64,000 nt of DNA from an uncultured Pseudomonadota bacterium (GTDB taxonomy: Bacteria > Bacillota > Sulfobacillia > JAUYEF01). Under the pieces are notes generated by a model. The model had not been told where the DNA came from and did no database searches. It worked only from the letters and a program-made list of their open reading frames with translations. Both the position numbers and the translations under genes were made by a program. The DNA lies in assembly GCA_964417635.1 (NCBI GenBank), contig CAYQIY010000011.1, positions 33,741-97,740 on the forward strand, given 5' to 3'. Position 1 is the first letter of the stretch, and every line of letters starts with the position of its first letter. Below, piece by piece: positions 39,290 through 48,021 of this stretch.

Positions 39290-40168
39290 ATGAGGTTTAC
39301 CAAGATGGAAGGTGCGGGAAACGACTATATCTACGTCAACTGTTTTGCAGAAGGAGTAGAACACGACTGGCCGGAGCTTGCAAGGCAGATCAGCGACAGG
39401 CACTACGGAGTCGGTTCCGACGGACTCATACTTGTCATGCCTTCTGCTTGCGCCGATTTCAGGATGCGCATGTACAACCGCGATGGTTCAGAAGGCGACA
39501 TGTGTGGTAATGGGATACGCTGCTTTGCAAGGTATGTGTACGACCACAGGCTCACAACTAATACGCAACTGTGTATCGAGACCAGAGCTGGCATCATGCG
39601 TTCGAGACTTGTCCTTGACGGGGACAAGGTGCACTCAGTCGAGGTTAACATGGGCAAGCCCGGGCTCAGGCCGGAAGATATACCCATGCGGGTGCCTGAT
39701 GGCTGGATGAGCGCGCAGAACGTTCCGGTATGCGTCGGAGCCACTACCTACAGTGTAACAGGAGTGAAAATGGGCAACCCCAATGGTGTTGTGTTTGTGC
39801 ACAACCTTGAAGATATCGATGTAGCCCGCGACGGGCGTCTGCTTGAACTGAGTCCGGTATTTACCGAAGGTGCGAACATAGAGTTTGTCCAGGTTCTAGC
39901 GCCCGAGCTCATCAAGATGAAGGTGTGGGAGAGAGGCTCCGGAGAGACTCTCTCCTGCGGAACCGGAGCGTGTGCTGCGTTGGTCGCGGCAGCTAACTCA
40001 GGTAGCACCCGTAGAGCGGCCGAGGTGCTGTTACCAGGCGGGCGGCTGTACATTGAGTGGAGACAAGACGGTGACGTGATGATGACCGGTCCTGCCAACG
40101 AAGTGTGTTCTGGTGTATTCACCAGGTGGACTCGGCAGCACGACTACGTGGTTACGTCAGTCGGGTAG
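39290..40168 (+). CDS. dapF: Diaminopimelate epimerase
   Basis: 292 aa; MRFTKMEGAGNDYIYV, catalytic CGNG and C-terminal SCGTGACA Cys motifs. Confidence 0.95.
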   Translation: MRFTKMEGAGNDYIYVNCFAEGVEHDWPELARQISDRHYGVGSDGLILVMPSACADFRMRMYNRDGSEGDMCGNGIRCFARYVYDHRLTTNTQLCIETRAGIMRSRLVLDGDKVHSVEVNMGKPGLRPEDIPMRVPDGWMSAQNVPVCVGATTYSVTGVKMGNPNGVVFVHNLEDIDVARDGRLLELSPVFTEGANIEFVQVLAPELIKMKVWERGSGETLSCGTGACAALVAAANSGSTRRAAEVLLPGGRLYIEWRQDGDVMMTGPANEVCSGVFTRWTRQHDYVVTSVG

Positions 40169-41438
40169 AGAATATGTCATCTAGTCCTGCTTGTTTGACA
40201 CGAGTCTTGGCGGCAAGAGAATCAGGCGTGTAAAGCGATTTGCTCTTCATGTGCTCGAAGAATACAGAGCCGGCAAAGGTGTAAGATTGCTGCAGACCTT
40301 CAGCAGACTTCATCTTTTCGTTCGTGTATGCGATGAATTCGCCAATAGCCGTTGAACGTGACAGGCCGACAAGCGGCATTGCCAGTGCTTTTCGTACTGC
40401 GTTGTGTCCCGCAAGTGTACCGGTTACAATTGCCTCGGTGTGTCCGATCAGCGTACCAGCTTTTTCTCCGGCACAAAGCAGGTTATCCATACCTTCGACT
40501 TGAAGGAACTGGTCTCTCGGCGCAAGCGCGAGAAACCTGACTGAATTTCCGCGACCTCCTGAATAAGGGTCGGCATAGCGTGCCCGTTGGAACCCCGATA
40601 TACTGCGCAGCGAGTCAAGTGGTAGAAAAGGAGTCATGAGTTTGGCGTGGCCCGTATCTAACAGCACGAGATGCTCGGCGTACTCAGATAGTGCGTACTG
40701 CTGGCATGCCTTTATTGAGAGCTTCGCAGAACTGATTAGCGAAGCCGGTAGAGGCGCCACAAACATGCCTGTTCGGTTAAGGGCACCCACGACAGAGCGC
40801 GCCAGGGACTCTTTCGCGATCTTGCAGCTGCCGCTCATTGCGCCAAATACGCCGGGCGTCTTAGTGGCCTGTGATTCGTGTACACCCGCTTTCGCGGCAA
40901 TGCTCACACGAGGGCCGTAAGTCGGACAGCGCTGTACGCACATAGCGCAGCCGTTTCCGAACCTGCTACAGTTTCCCATTGGACCCGATGTGCCTGTCGC
41001 GTCCACAAACACATCTGCCGAGAATTCGTTTGTATGCTCGTCTATGACTGATTTGATCAGCCTGGGACCGGATTTGTGCACGTCCACAACGCGGCACTCC
41101 AGATGCACGCTGACGCCGCGCGAGCCGAGCAACGAACGCACAGCAGGTTCCACTCGATGCACGTCGTACAGCGTTGCATGCAGGTGTCCTGGGAAATCCA
41201 CATCCTTGTGCCGGGCGTGTCTGTCGGTGAGCTTGAACAGATCTCCGCCTCCCATGGCAATTGCTTCTTCGGCCGCTGTGTACCTGCCGTTATTGCGCAT
41301 AATTCCGCCAACAAGTCCTGCTCCGAGAAGCATATCTGTCCTTTCCAGTAAGCTGACTTGCGCACCAGCGCGCTTTGCAGCTATTGCAGCCGCAACCCCC
41401 GACCAGCCGCCTCCGATTACTATTATCTTGGGTTTCAT
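40152..41438 (-). CDS. FAD-dependent oxidoreductase with Cys-cluster insert (GidA/TrmFO-like fold), function unknown
   Basis: 428 aa; N-terminal Rossmann IIVIGGGWSGVAAAIAAKRAG; internal CSRFGNGCAMCVQRCP motif; C-terminal ..CAGEKAGTLIGHTEAIVTGTLAGHNA..TAIGEFIAYTNE resembling TrmFO/GidA C-termini. Confidence 0.55.
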   Translation of the reverse strand: MKPKIIVIGGGWSGVAAAIAAKRAGAQVSLLERTDMLLGAGLVGGIMRNNGRYTAAEEAIAMGGGDLFKLTDRHARHKDVDFPGHLHATLYDVHRVEPAVRSLLGSRGVSVHLECRVVDVHKSGPRLIKSVIDEHTNEFSADVFVDATGTSGPMGNCSRFGNGCAMCVQRCPTYGPRVSIAAKAGVHESQATKTPGVFGAMSGSCKIAKESLARSVVGALNRTGMFVAPLPASLISSAKLSIKACQQYALSEYAEHLVLLDTGHAKLMTPFLPLDSLRSISGFQRARYADPYSGGRGNSVRFLALAPRDQFLQVEGMDNLLCAGEKAGTLIGHTEAIVTGTLAGHNAVRKALAMPLVGLSRSTAIGEFIAYTNEKMKSAEGLQQSYTFAGSVFFEHMKSKSLYTPDSLAAKTRVKQAGLDDIFSTRLT

Positions 41439-41462
41439 AGCGCAGTACCTCCGTACGGACGT

Positions 41463-42416
41463 TTAGAACCTCAGTATGTTGACGGGCGGCATAACTTTGC
41501 ACGCTCTGGCCGGAGCGGCGGCACCCGAGACCGTACAAGAACCACAAATGCCTTCCCCGCAGCACATCAGCGCATTATTCGTATATGCCGTTCTCGATCT
41601 CGGCGCTATCTCATTCGCAAGCGTCTGTAGCATCCGGTGCTGAATGTCTGGACCTGCGCTTATGATAAGGTCGCTCGCGGTGCTACGGATCAGCGTACGG
41701 ATGTCACCTGAATTGTGGTCATCAGTCTTGTCGAGCATCACAATTCTGGCATCACCGTCTGACAACCAGCGTCTCGCGAATACAGCGTCTGAACTGCCTT
41801 GCCCGACCGCCAGCGTGACCGGCGTCTTGCGGTCTGCAAAATACCGAGTGATGTGCGCTGCGCATCCCTGAGCCACCCCCTTTGCAACGATCAGCACGTG
41901 TTTTGCCGGTTGTTTTAAGTTGTTTAGGCCCAGGATTCCACCAAAATACGCGCCCCGAACCGCGAAACTAGTACAAGAGTCCAAGGAGAGCGCACGGCTC
42001 TTGGGGCCGACAACCTGAACGGCAAAATCGACTGTGCTGTCGGACGCGCTTACCTGAGCTGGCGAGAGCGGCACGTCAAAATGGGTGGGGTGGTCGTGCG
42101 GCCTGACAAACACAAAGCTGCCCGGAGGGCTAAGCCTTGCCGAGAACCAGGTAGGCATTTTGATCTTGATGATGAAAGTGTTCGAAGAAACGTGATTTCT
42201 TAGCACCAATTCAGAGCGTACACTCTGTCGCAAGTTTTCGGCTTTCTCAAGTCTCCATCTGAACTCTGCATGAGCACACGAGCCACACCACGCGCACTCG
42301 CAATGGTCGAACCCTGCAAGCAGTGAGCAGTTCACGCATTGTCCGAGTTCTGCCAGATAACACGGGCAGTACCAAGAGCCCGCGTCCACGCAAGGCAGAG
42401 AATGCCAGTCTCGCAT
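41463..42416 (-). CDS. PyrK-like FNR-type flavin reductase with N-terminal Cys-rich domain and C-terminal 2Fe-2S motif
   Basis: 317 aa; GAGGTG RBS 5 nt upstream of ATG; nine Cys in first 50 aa (CPCYLAELGQCVNC..CECAWCGSC); FNR-like body; MCCGEGICGSC like PyrK MACGxGxCGxC. Confidence 0.6.
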   Translation of the reverse strand: MRDWHSLPCVDAGSWYCPCYLAELGQCVNCSLLAGFDHCECAWCGSCAHAEFRWRLEKAENLRQSVRSELVLRNHVSSNTFIIKIKMPTWFSARLSPPGSFVFVRPHDHPTHFDVPLSPAQVSASDSTVDFAVQVVGPKSRALSLDSCTSFAVRGAYFGGILGLNNLKQPAKHVLIVAKGVAQGCAAHITRYFADRKTPVTLAVGQGSSDAVFARRWLSDGDARIVMLDKTDDHNSGDIRTLIRSTASDLIISAGPDIQHRMLQTLANEIAPRSRTAYTNNALMCCGEGICGSCTVSGAAAPARACKVMPPVNILRF

Positions 42417-42643
42417 GACAGCACCTCAAGTGTAGTGTCCGAGATAGCGTATGTGGCATCGCTCAAGGGTGTTACCTCGGGTGACGGTAATCGCTGTAAG
42501 CCAGAATTGAATGAGAGAACCTGCTAATTGGCATACTAAACCATCCATTTTTGGCAAAGTGGCGCGGCCTCAGAGGAATTCAGCGTTTTACCCAGAACCA
42601 GATAACGGTGGTTTTGTTGCGTCTTGCAGGGAGGATACCTCGA

Positions 42644-43522
42644 GTGCCGTGTAGTATGACTGGATATGGAAGAGGAGAGGCCGCATCGAGCGCGGTTCGG
42701 GTGGTGGCAGAGATGAAGTCTGTGAACCACCGATACTGCGACATCTCGATAAGGCTTCCAAAGGGATTGCTTGCGCTTGAAGACAGAGTGCGCAAACTGG
42801 TATCTGAGCAGGTGAATCGCGGGCGGATCGACGTTATGCTGAGCGTGGAGATGCTTCTGGCCGGAGACAAGTCGGTGAGGCTTGACTCGGTACTTGCCCG
42901 AGGATACTACGATGCGTTACTTGAACTCAAAGAAGCGCTTGCTCTGCAGGATCGGGTCACTTTGGCCGAAATAGTGAGTTTGCCGGATGTGCTAAGTGTC
43001 GAAGAACGTGTGATCGATCTTGAAGAAGTGTGGACTTACGCTGCTCCTGCAGTATCTGACGCTCTCACAAACTTGATTGAAATGAGGCAACAAGAAGGCG
43101 ATGCGCTTGTACTGAGCATTCGAGAGAAGTGTGATACAATTCGCTCTCTCGTAGACGGCATAGCCGATCGCGCCCCGCTTGTTGTCGACGAGTTCCGTAG
43201 ACGGCTCGAAAGACGACTTGAGGAAGTAGTGCCGTCAGGGCTTCTCGATGAAGCACGCCTCGGGCTTGAGGTCGCGATATTAGCCGAACGAGCTAGCATT
43301 GAGGAGGAACTCGTTCGTCTTGAGAGCCATCTTAATCAGGTGAATGCCATCTTGTCCCAGCAAGGTGCTGTGGGGCGAAAACTCGATTTTCTGATGCAGG
43401 AGATCAACCGCGAAGTCAACACAATCTCCTCTAAGTCGCAGGACCTGCAGCTCGCAGGGTCTGTGGTGGAAATCAAGAGCGAACTGGAGAAGATCCGAGA
43501 ACAAGTTCAGAACCTGGAGTAA
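42644..43522 (+). CDS. yicC: YicC family stress-induced protein (YloC)
   Basis: ORF 42551..43522; start trimmed to ~Val32/Met36 (MTGYGRGEA is the usual YicC N-terminus). Confidence 0.85.
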   Translation: MPCSMTGYGRGEAASSAVRVVAEMKSVNHRYCDISIRLPKGLLALEDRVRKLVSEQVNRGRIDVMLSVEMLLAGDKSVRLDSVLARGYYDALLELKEALALQDRVTLAEIVSLPDVLSVEERVIDLEEVWTYAAPAVSDALTNLIEMRQQEGDALVLSIREKCDTIRSLVDGIADRAPLVVDEFRRRLERRLEEVVPSGLLDEARLGLEVAILAERASIEEELVRLESHLNQVNAILSQQGAVGRKLDFLMQEINREVNTISSKSQDLQLAGSVVEIKSELEKIREQVQNLE

Positions 43523-43540
43523 AAGAAGGAGGGACATGAA

Positions 43541-43855
43541 TTGGCACTCCCCAAACTGAGTCCGAAAGAGAAGAGGGAAGCACTAGAGAAAGCGCAGAGG
43601 ATGCGCAGAGAACGTAGCCTTCTTCGTGCCCGTCTGAAGAAAGGTGAGGTCGACTTCAGCACGATCTTAGACGGTGAAAACGAGGTCACGGCGCGTATGC
43701 GAGTTGCCTATCTTTTGAGATCGTTGCCTAGGATCGGAAAAGTCAAGGCGCAACGGATGATGGAAGAAATCGGTATTGACGAAGCGCGTCGCGTTCAAGG
43801 ACTCGGCAAGAGACAGAAGGAAGCATTGCTGGCGAGGTTGGGTCAGAGAAAGTAG
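43541..43855 (+). CDS. Integration host factor, actinobacterial-type (mIHF-like) small DNA-binding protein
   Basis: 104 aa; MALPKLSPKEKREALEKAQ...LPRIGKVKAQRMMEEIGIDEARRVQGLGKRQKEALLARLG aligns closely with mycobacterial mIHF as recalled; TTG start after AAGGAGGG. Confidence 0.6.
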   Translation: MALPKLSPKEKREALEKAQRMRRERSLLRARLKKGEVDFSTILDGENEVTARMRVAYLLRSLPRIGKVKAQRMMEEIGIDEARRVQGLGKRQKEALLARLGQRK

Positions 43856-43864
43856 GGGGAGCTC

Positions 43865-44134
43865 ATGGACATCAAGCTCATCAACATTGGCTTCGGTAAC
43901 ATTGTCTCAGCAAACCGTATCGTGGCGATAGTGAGCCCTGAGTCTGCGCCGATTAAGAGGATTATTACGGAGGCCAGAGACAGAGGTATGCTTATAGACG
44001 CCACTTACGGGCGTCGCACCAGAGCCGTAATAATCTCGGATTCTGACCACGTGATTTTGTCTGCTGTCCAGCCCGAGACAGTCGCTAACCGTCTCAACAG
44101 CAGAGAGCCAGAACCCGAAGAAGCCGTCGAGTAG
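43865..44134 (+). CDS. remA: Extracellular matrix regulator RemA (DUF370, YlzA)
   Basis: [57 protein letters not shown]... nearly identical to B. subtilis RemA. Confidence 0.88.
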   Translation: MDIKLINIGFGNIVSANRIVAIVSPESAPIKRIITEARDRGMLIDATYGRRTRAVIISDSDHVILSAVQPETVANRLNSREPEPEEAVE

Positions 44135-44154
44135 ACCGATATAACTAGGGTGAT

Positions 44155-44751
44155 GTGGTGTCCAGGAGAGGACTATTGTTCTGTATTTCGGGGCCTTCGG
44201 GGACGGGAAAAGGTACGATCCGCGAGGCGTTTGAGAGAAAGCACCCAGACCTTGAGTTCTGTGTATCGGTTACCACGAGGCTGCCGAGGCCCAATGAAGA
44301 GCCGGGTGTGAGTTACATCTTCGTGGGGGTGGACGAGTTCCATCAGATGGCCGAAAGAGGAGAATTCCTCGAGACGGCTAACGTCTATGGAAACTACTAT
44401 GGCACGCCGAGAGAACCGGTGACAAGGTTGCTCGAGCAGGGTGTCGATGTGCTGCTCGAAAAGGATGTACAGGGCGCGCTCGCGATCAAACAGAAGATGC
44501 CCGAAGCGGTACTGGTGTTCATAGCGCCGCCTTCTTTCGATGAACTTCGAGCCCGCATAATGAAGCGGGGCACGGAGACTGATAATGATGTCGAGGTACG
44601 GCTCGGATGGGCAGAAGCAGAACTTAAGCAAGTAAGGCACTTTGACTACGTTGTGGTAAACTATGAGGTAGCGGAGTCGGTGAGAGTGCTGGATGCTATT
44701 GTGGTTGCCGAGCGGCACAGGACCAAGCGTCTTCGAGAGTATATCCGATAA
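44155..44751 (+). CDS. gmk: Guanylate kinase
   Basis: ISGPSGTGKGT P-loop and guanylate kinase fold motifs. Confidence 0.95.
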   Translation: MVSRRGLLFCISGPSGTGKGTIREAFERKHPDLEFCVSVTTRLPRPNEEPGVSYIFVGVDEFHQMAERGEFLETANVYGNYYGTPREPVTRLLEQGVDVLLEKDVQGALAIKQKMPEAVLVFIAPPSFDELRARIMKRGTETDNDVEVRLGWAEAELKQVRHFDYVVVNYEVAESVRVLDAIVVAERHRTKRLREYIR

Positions 44752-44776
44752 ACTTCATTGTTGAGGAGCCTGTCAT

Positions 44777-44989
44777 ATGATGCTGTACCCGCCTTTAGAA
44801 GATTTGCTTTTGAAAGTGGATAGCAAGTACACTCTTGTGGTTGCATCTGCCAAACGCGCGCGAGATGTGATGGCAGGAAAAGACCAGCCGCGGATAGAGA
44901 CTTACTCCAACAAGCCGGTTTCTGTGGCACTTGAGGAAATTGCCGCAGGAGCAGTGTACTTCGAGCGTGCGCGAGCACAAGTGCGTTAG
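44777..44989 (+). CDS. rpoZ: DNA-directed RNA polymerase subunit omega
   Basis: 70 aa; LLKVDSKYTLVVASAKRARDV omega motif; follows gmk as in B. subtilis. Confidence 0.9.
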   Translation: MMLYPPLEDLLLKVDSKYTLVVASAKRARDVMAGKDQPRIETYSNKPVSVALEEIAAGAVYFERARAQVR

Positions 44990-45065
44990 TGCACCGAGCG
45001 TTCGACTGAAGCATTTTGGGGGCGCATCGGGCGCCCCTGATTCATAGGTTCAAGGGGGGACGCAC

Positions 45066-46262
45066 GTGTTCGCGGGCAAGACTGTTGTCTTTGGCGTAAC
45101 AGGCTGCATTGCAGCTTATAAGGCGGTCGACGTGGTGAGTCGTCTACGAAAGCTGGGTGCCGACGTTTTCGTCATTATGACCAAGAATGCCACCCGCTTA
45201 GTAAATCCGCTGACGTTCCGCACGATCTCGGATAACCCTGTTACTGTAGAGATGTTCGAAGAGCCTAAGCAGTGGAATGTGGAGCACATTGCGCTTGCTG
45301 AGAGAGCCGATTTGTTCATGGTATGCCCCGCAACGGCAAATATCATTGGGAAGGTTGCCTCTGGGATAGCAGACGACTTTCTTTCCACAACAATAATGGC
45401 CACCCGTGCTCCAACTGTTTTCGTGCCGGCGATGAACAACAACATGTACGAGAACCCAATTACCCAAAGGAACATAGCATACCTGAAATCGCTTGGATAC
45501 CATTTGATGGAGCCGGATTATGGCAGGCTTGCCTCAGGTAAGTACGGCAAAGGTAGGTTTCCCGAGCCTTGCCGAATAGTTGAGTTTGCGGCCGGAGTGC
45601 TAGACAGTAGCGCACTTCTTTCGGGTAAGCGCGTGCTTGTTACTGCGGGACCAACGCGTGAGATTGCTGATCCTGTGTGGTTTGTGTCGAACTGGTCCTC
45701 AGGCAAGATGGGGTATGCGCTCGCGCAACAGGCTGCGAGAATGGGTGCGCAGGTTGTGCTTGTGAGCGGGCCTTCTGACTTAGAACCTCCACAAGGTGTT
45801 GAAGTCGCGAAAGTCGTTAGCACCGAGCAGATGATGCGAGAAGTAATGTCGCGGTTTTGCGACATGGATATCGTGGTCATGGCAGCTGCACCGGTGGACT
45901 ACCGTCCCGCGGAGGTTTCGGGTCACAAGTTGAAAAAGGGCGGCGAGACTTACACGCTTAGGCTTGTAAAGAATCCCGACATCCTTGCGTTGGCTGGCAA
46001 GAGCAAGAGCAAGCAGGTGCTCGTCGGTTTTGCCGGTGAGACAGAGGACTTTGTGAACCGCGCCAGGCAGAAGCTTGTGGCAAAGAACGCAGACATGATA
46101 GTCGCAAACGACATCTCGAAAGCGTTCGGCAAAGACGACAACCAGGCTACGATCGTACTGGCTGACGGCACAGAAGAGCCGCTGCCGAACATGCCAAAGA
46201 GCGAACTGGCAAGGCATATTCTCGCAAGAGCCGCCGAACTGTGCTCTGGGAGAACGCAGTGA
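45066..46262 (+). CDS. coaBC: Bifunctional phosphopantothenoylcysteine decarboxylase / phosphopantothenate-cysteine ligase
   Basis: 398 aa; flavoprotein N-terminal half (VTGCIAAYKA, PAMNNNMYENP) and CoaB half. Confidence 0.95.
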   Translation: MFAGKTVVFGVTGCIAAYKAVDVVSRLRKLGADVFVIMTKNATRLVNPLTFRTISDNPVTVEMFEEPKQWNVEHIALAERADLFMVCPATANIIGKVASGIADDFLSTTIMATRAPTVFVPAMNNNMYENPITQRNIAYLKSLGYHLMEPDYGRLASGKYGKGRFPEPCRIVEFAAGVLDSSALLSGKRVLVTAGPTREIADPVWFVSNWSSGKMGYALAQQAARMGAQVVLVSGPSDLEPPQGVEVAKVVSTEQMMREVMSRFCDMDIVVMAAAPVDYRPAEVSGHKLKKGGETYTLRLVKNPDILALAGKSKSKQVLVGFAGETEDFVNRARQKLVAKNADMIVANDISKAFGKDDNQATIVLADGTEEPLPNMPKSELARHILARAAELCSGRTQ

Positions 46263-47086
46263 GTCTGCTTACCAACTACCATGTTCATACGGAGCACTCG
46301 GTGGATGCGGAAGGAAGCGTAATGAAGGTGGTAGCCGCGGCCAGGCGCGCAGGCATCCGGGACATCGCGCTAACAGACCACCTTGATTTTGTGCCCGAAG
46401 ACCCAAGTTGTGGCTTTTTCGATCCTGACGCGTATCTTAGGGACGTGGCAGAAGCCCGCAGAGAGGCTCGCGACCAAATCGTGGTTAGAAGTGCAGTTGA
46501 ACTCGGCATAGAGCATGAGTTTGTGCACAAAGCACGCGAGGTTGCCTATGCTGATTTCTACTCTGAACTGGATTTCGTCATAGGTTCTGTGCATGCGGTT
46601 GAAGGTGCCCTACTATCGGCGAAATACTACCGTTCGAGAAACAGAAAGCAGAGTTACGAAGACTACTTCTGCGCTCTCAGGCGGGCCATACTAGCTGTTC
46701 GAAGCGAGAGGATTATTGACGTTGTGGGACATGTCGATTTGGTGAAGAGATATGCTCCGGCTCAATACCGTCATGCGTGGCTTGATGAGGTGCGAGATGT
46801 GGTTACAGATCTGATGGATACCGTGGTCGAGTCGGGTCTTGGGATTGAGATTAACGTTAGTGGCCTCATACAGGCTCCACAAGAGCAGTTCCCGGCACTC
46901 GATGTACTGCGGATATATCGCCAGCAGGGAGGAGAAATACTTACAATAGGCTCTGATTCGCACTCGGTCACAGGTCTAGAAGACTGCGTCAGTGAACTGC
47001 GTTTGGGCAGGCAAGTCGCGCTTGCAGCGGGATTTCGCCACATCTGCACGTTTGCACGAAGAAGACCCAGTTTTGTGAGGCTTTAG
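46259..47086 (+). CDS. PHP-domain phosphoesterase (histidinol-phosphatase family)
   Basis: ORF 46241..47086; likely GTG start at ~46259; YHVHTEHS and later His/Asp metal-binding motifs of the PHP fold. Confidence 0.7.
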   Translation: MSLLTNYHVHTEHSVDAEGSVMKVVAAARRAGIRDIALTDHLDFVPEDPSCGFFDPDAYLRDVAEARREARDQIVVRSAVELGIEHEFVHKAREVAYADFYSELDFVIGSVHAVEGALLSAKYYRSRNRKQSYEDYFCALRRAILAVRSERIIDVVGHVDLVKRYAPAQYRHAWLDEVRDVVTDLMDTVVESGLGIEINVSGLIQAPQEQFPALDVLRIYRQQGGEILTIGSDSHSVTGLEDCVSELRLGRQVALAAGFRHICTFARRRPSFVRL

Positions 47087-47088
47087 GA

Positions 47089-48021
47089 TTACTTCTTGCG
47101 GCTGGAGGAACGAGTGAAGTAGAATAGGTAGTTCTGTGCGTAACCTCTGTGATGCTCAAAATGGTCTTGCGCGAACTCCCGAAGCACGTTCAGGTTTTGT
47201 CCCTCGCCCGCGAAGTACTGATGCTCCAATCCACGCTTAATCCATACGTCTATCGGAAAGGCGTCAAGCTTTCCTACACCGAAAAGCAATACGCAGTCGG
47301 CAACTTTGCGGCCGATGCCTCGCTGCTGCATCAGAATCTCTCTAGCCTCATCCGTCGACATCTCGGACAGGCTGTCAAGATCGAGCATCCCTGAAGATAC
47401 CTTACCGGCAGCTTCAACCAGTGCCAATGCCCTATAGCCAAGTCCCAGCTGCTTACCTTCTTCTTCTGTCGCAGAAGCAAGGCTCTCAGGCGAAGGAAAC
47501 TGCCACCAACAGTGTGCTCCTTCCGTACGCCGAGCGCCCCACCGGCTGCACAGTCGGTGAACCATCTGTTTTATGCGTGGGATATTGTTGTTTTGAGACA
47601 AAATGAAGCACACAAGTGTTTCCCATGCGTCCTGCCGCAAGAGCCTCAGCCCCGGACAGTAGTCGACAGCCTCTGCCACTTTCGAATCAGAACCGCGCAA
47701 CAGGGTACACAACTCGTTATAGTCAGTGTCTATGTCAAAGTAAGCGCGAGCCCACGAGGCAGGGTCGGTGCATGACGGCGATGAGACAACCAATTCTGTG
47801 TCTTCCGACCGCACGAAGAACAGATGACCAGCCGCAACGCCTGTGTACCCACCTTGGTGACGTTCCCACCTAAATGACTGCCCAGATTCAAGTGTAGCGG
47901 CCAGATCAAGAGGGCCCCGAGTGGGGATACGTTGTTCCACGTTACCATCTCGCTCATCAATTGTTTTCACAAAGTAGGTGCTTCTCGATGCTCTGAGCCA
48001 GCTCCTTTGGGTAATCATCAA
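47089..48021 (-). CDS. 8-oxoguanine DNA glycosylase / N-glycosylase-DNA lyase (HhH-GPD, OGG-like)
   Basis: 310 aa; LESGQSFRW N-terminal motif and HhH-GPD region (..GIGRKVADCVLLFG..D..FPIDVW); annotated start overlaps HD-GYP gene by ~65 nt, so true start probably downstream. Confidence 0.7.
   Translation of the reverse strand: MMITQRSWLRASRSTYFVKTIDERDGNVEQRIPTRGPLDLAATLESGQSFRWERHQGGYTGVAAGHLFFVRSEDTELVVSSPSCTDPASWARAYFDIDTDYNELCTLLRGSDSKVAEAVDYCPGLRLLRQDAWETLVCFILSQNNNIPRIKQMVHRLCSRWGARRTEGAHCWWQFPSPESLASATEEEGKQLGLGYRALALVEAAGKVSSGMLDLDSLSEMSTDEAREILMQQRGIGRKVADCVLLFGVGKLDAFPIDVWIKRGLEHQYFAGEGQNLNVLREFAQDHFEHHRGYAQNYLFYFTRSSSRKK

Noticed and set aside
44990-45065. GC-rich hairpin (GGGGCGC-atcgg-GCGCCCC) between rpoZ and coaBC as an intrinsic terminator
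   Set aside because: No U-tract follows on the plus strand; rpoZ and coaBC are probably co-transcribed; may be a pause or processing structure at most
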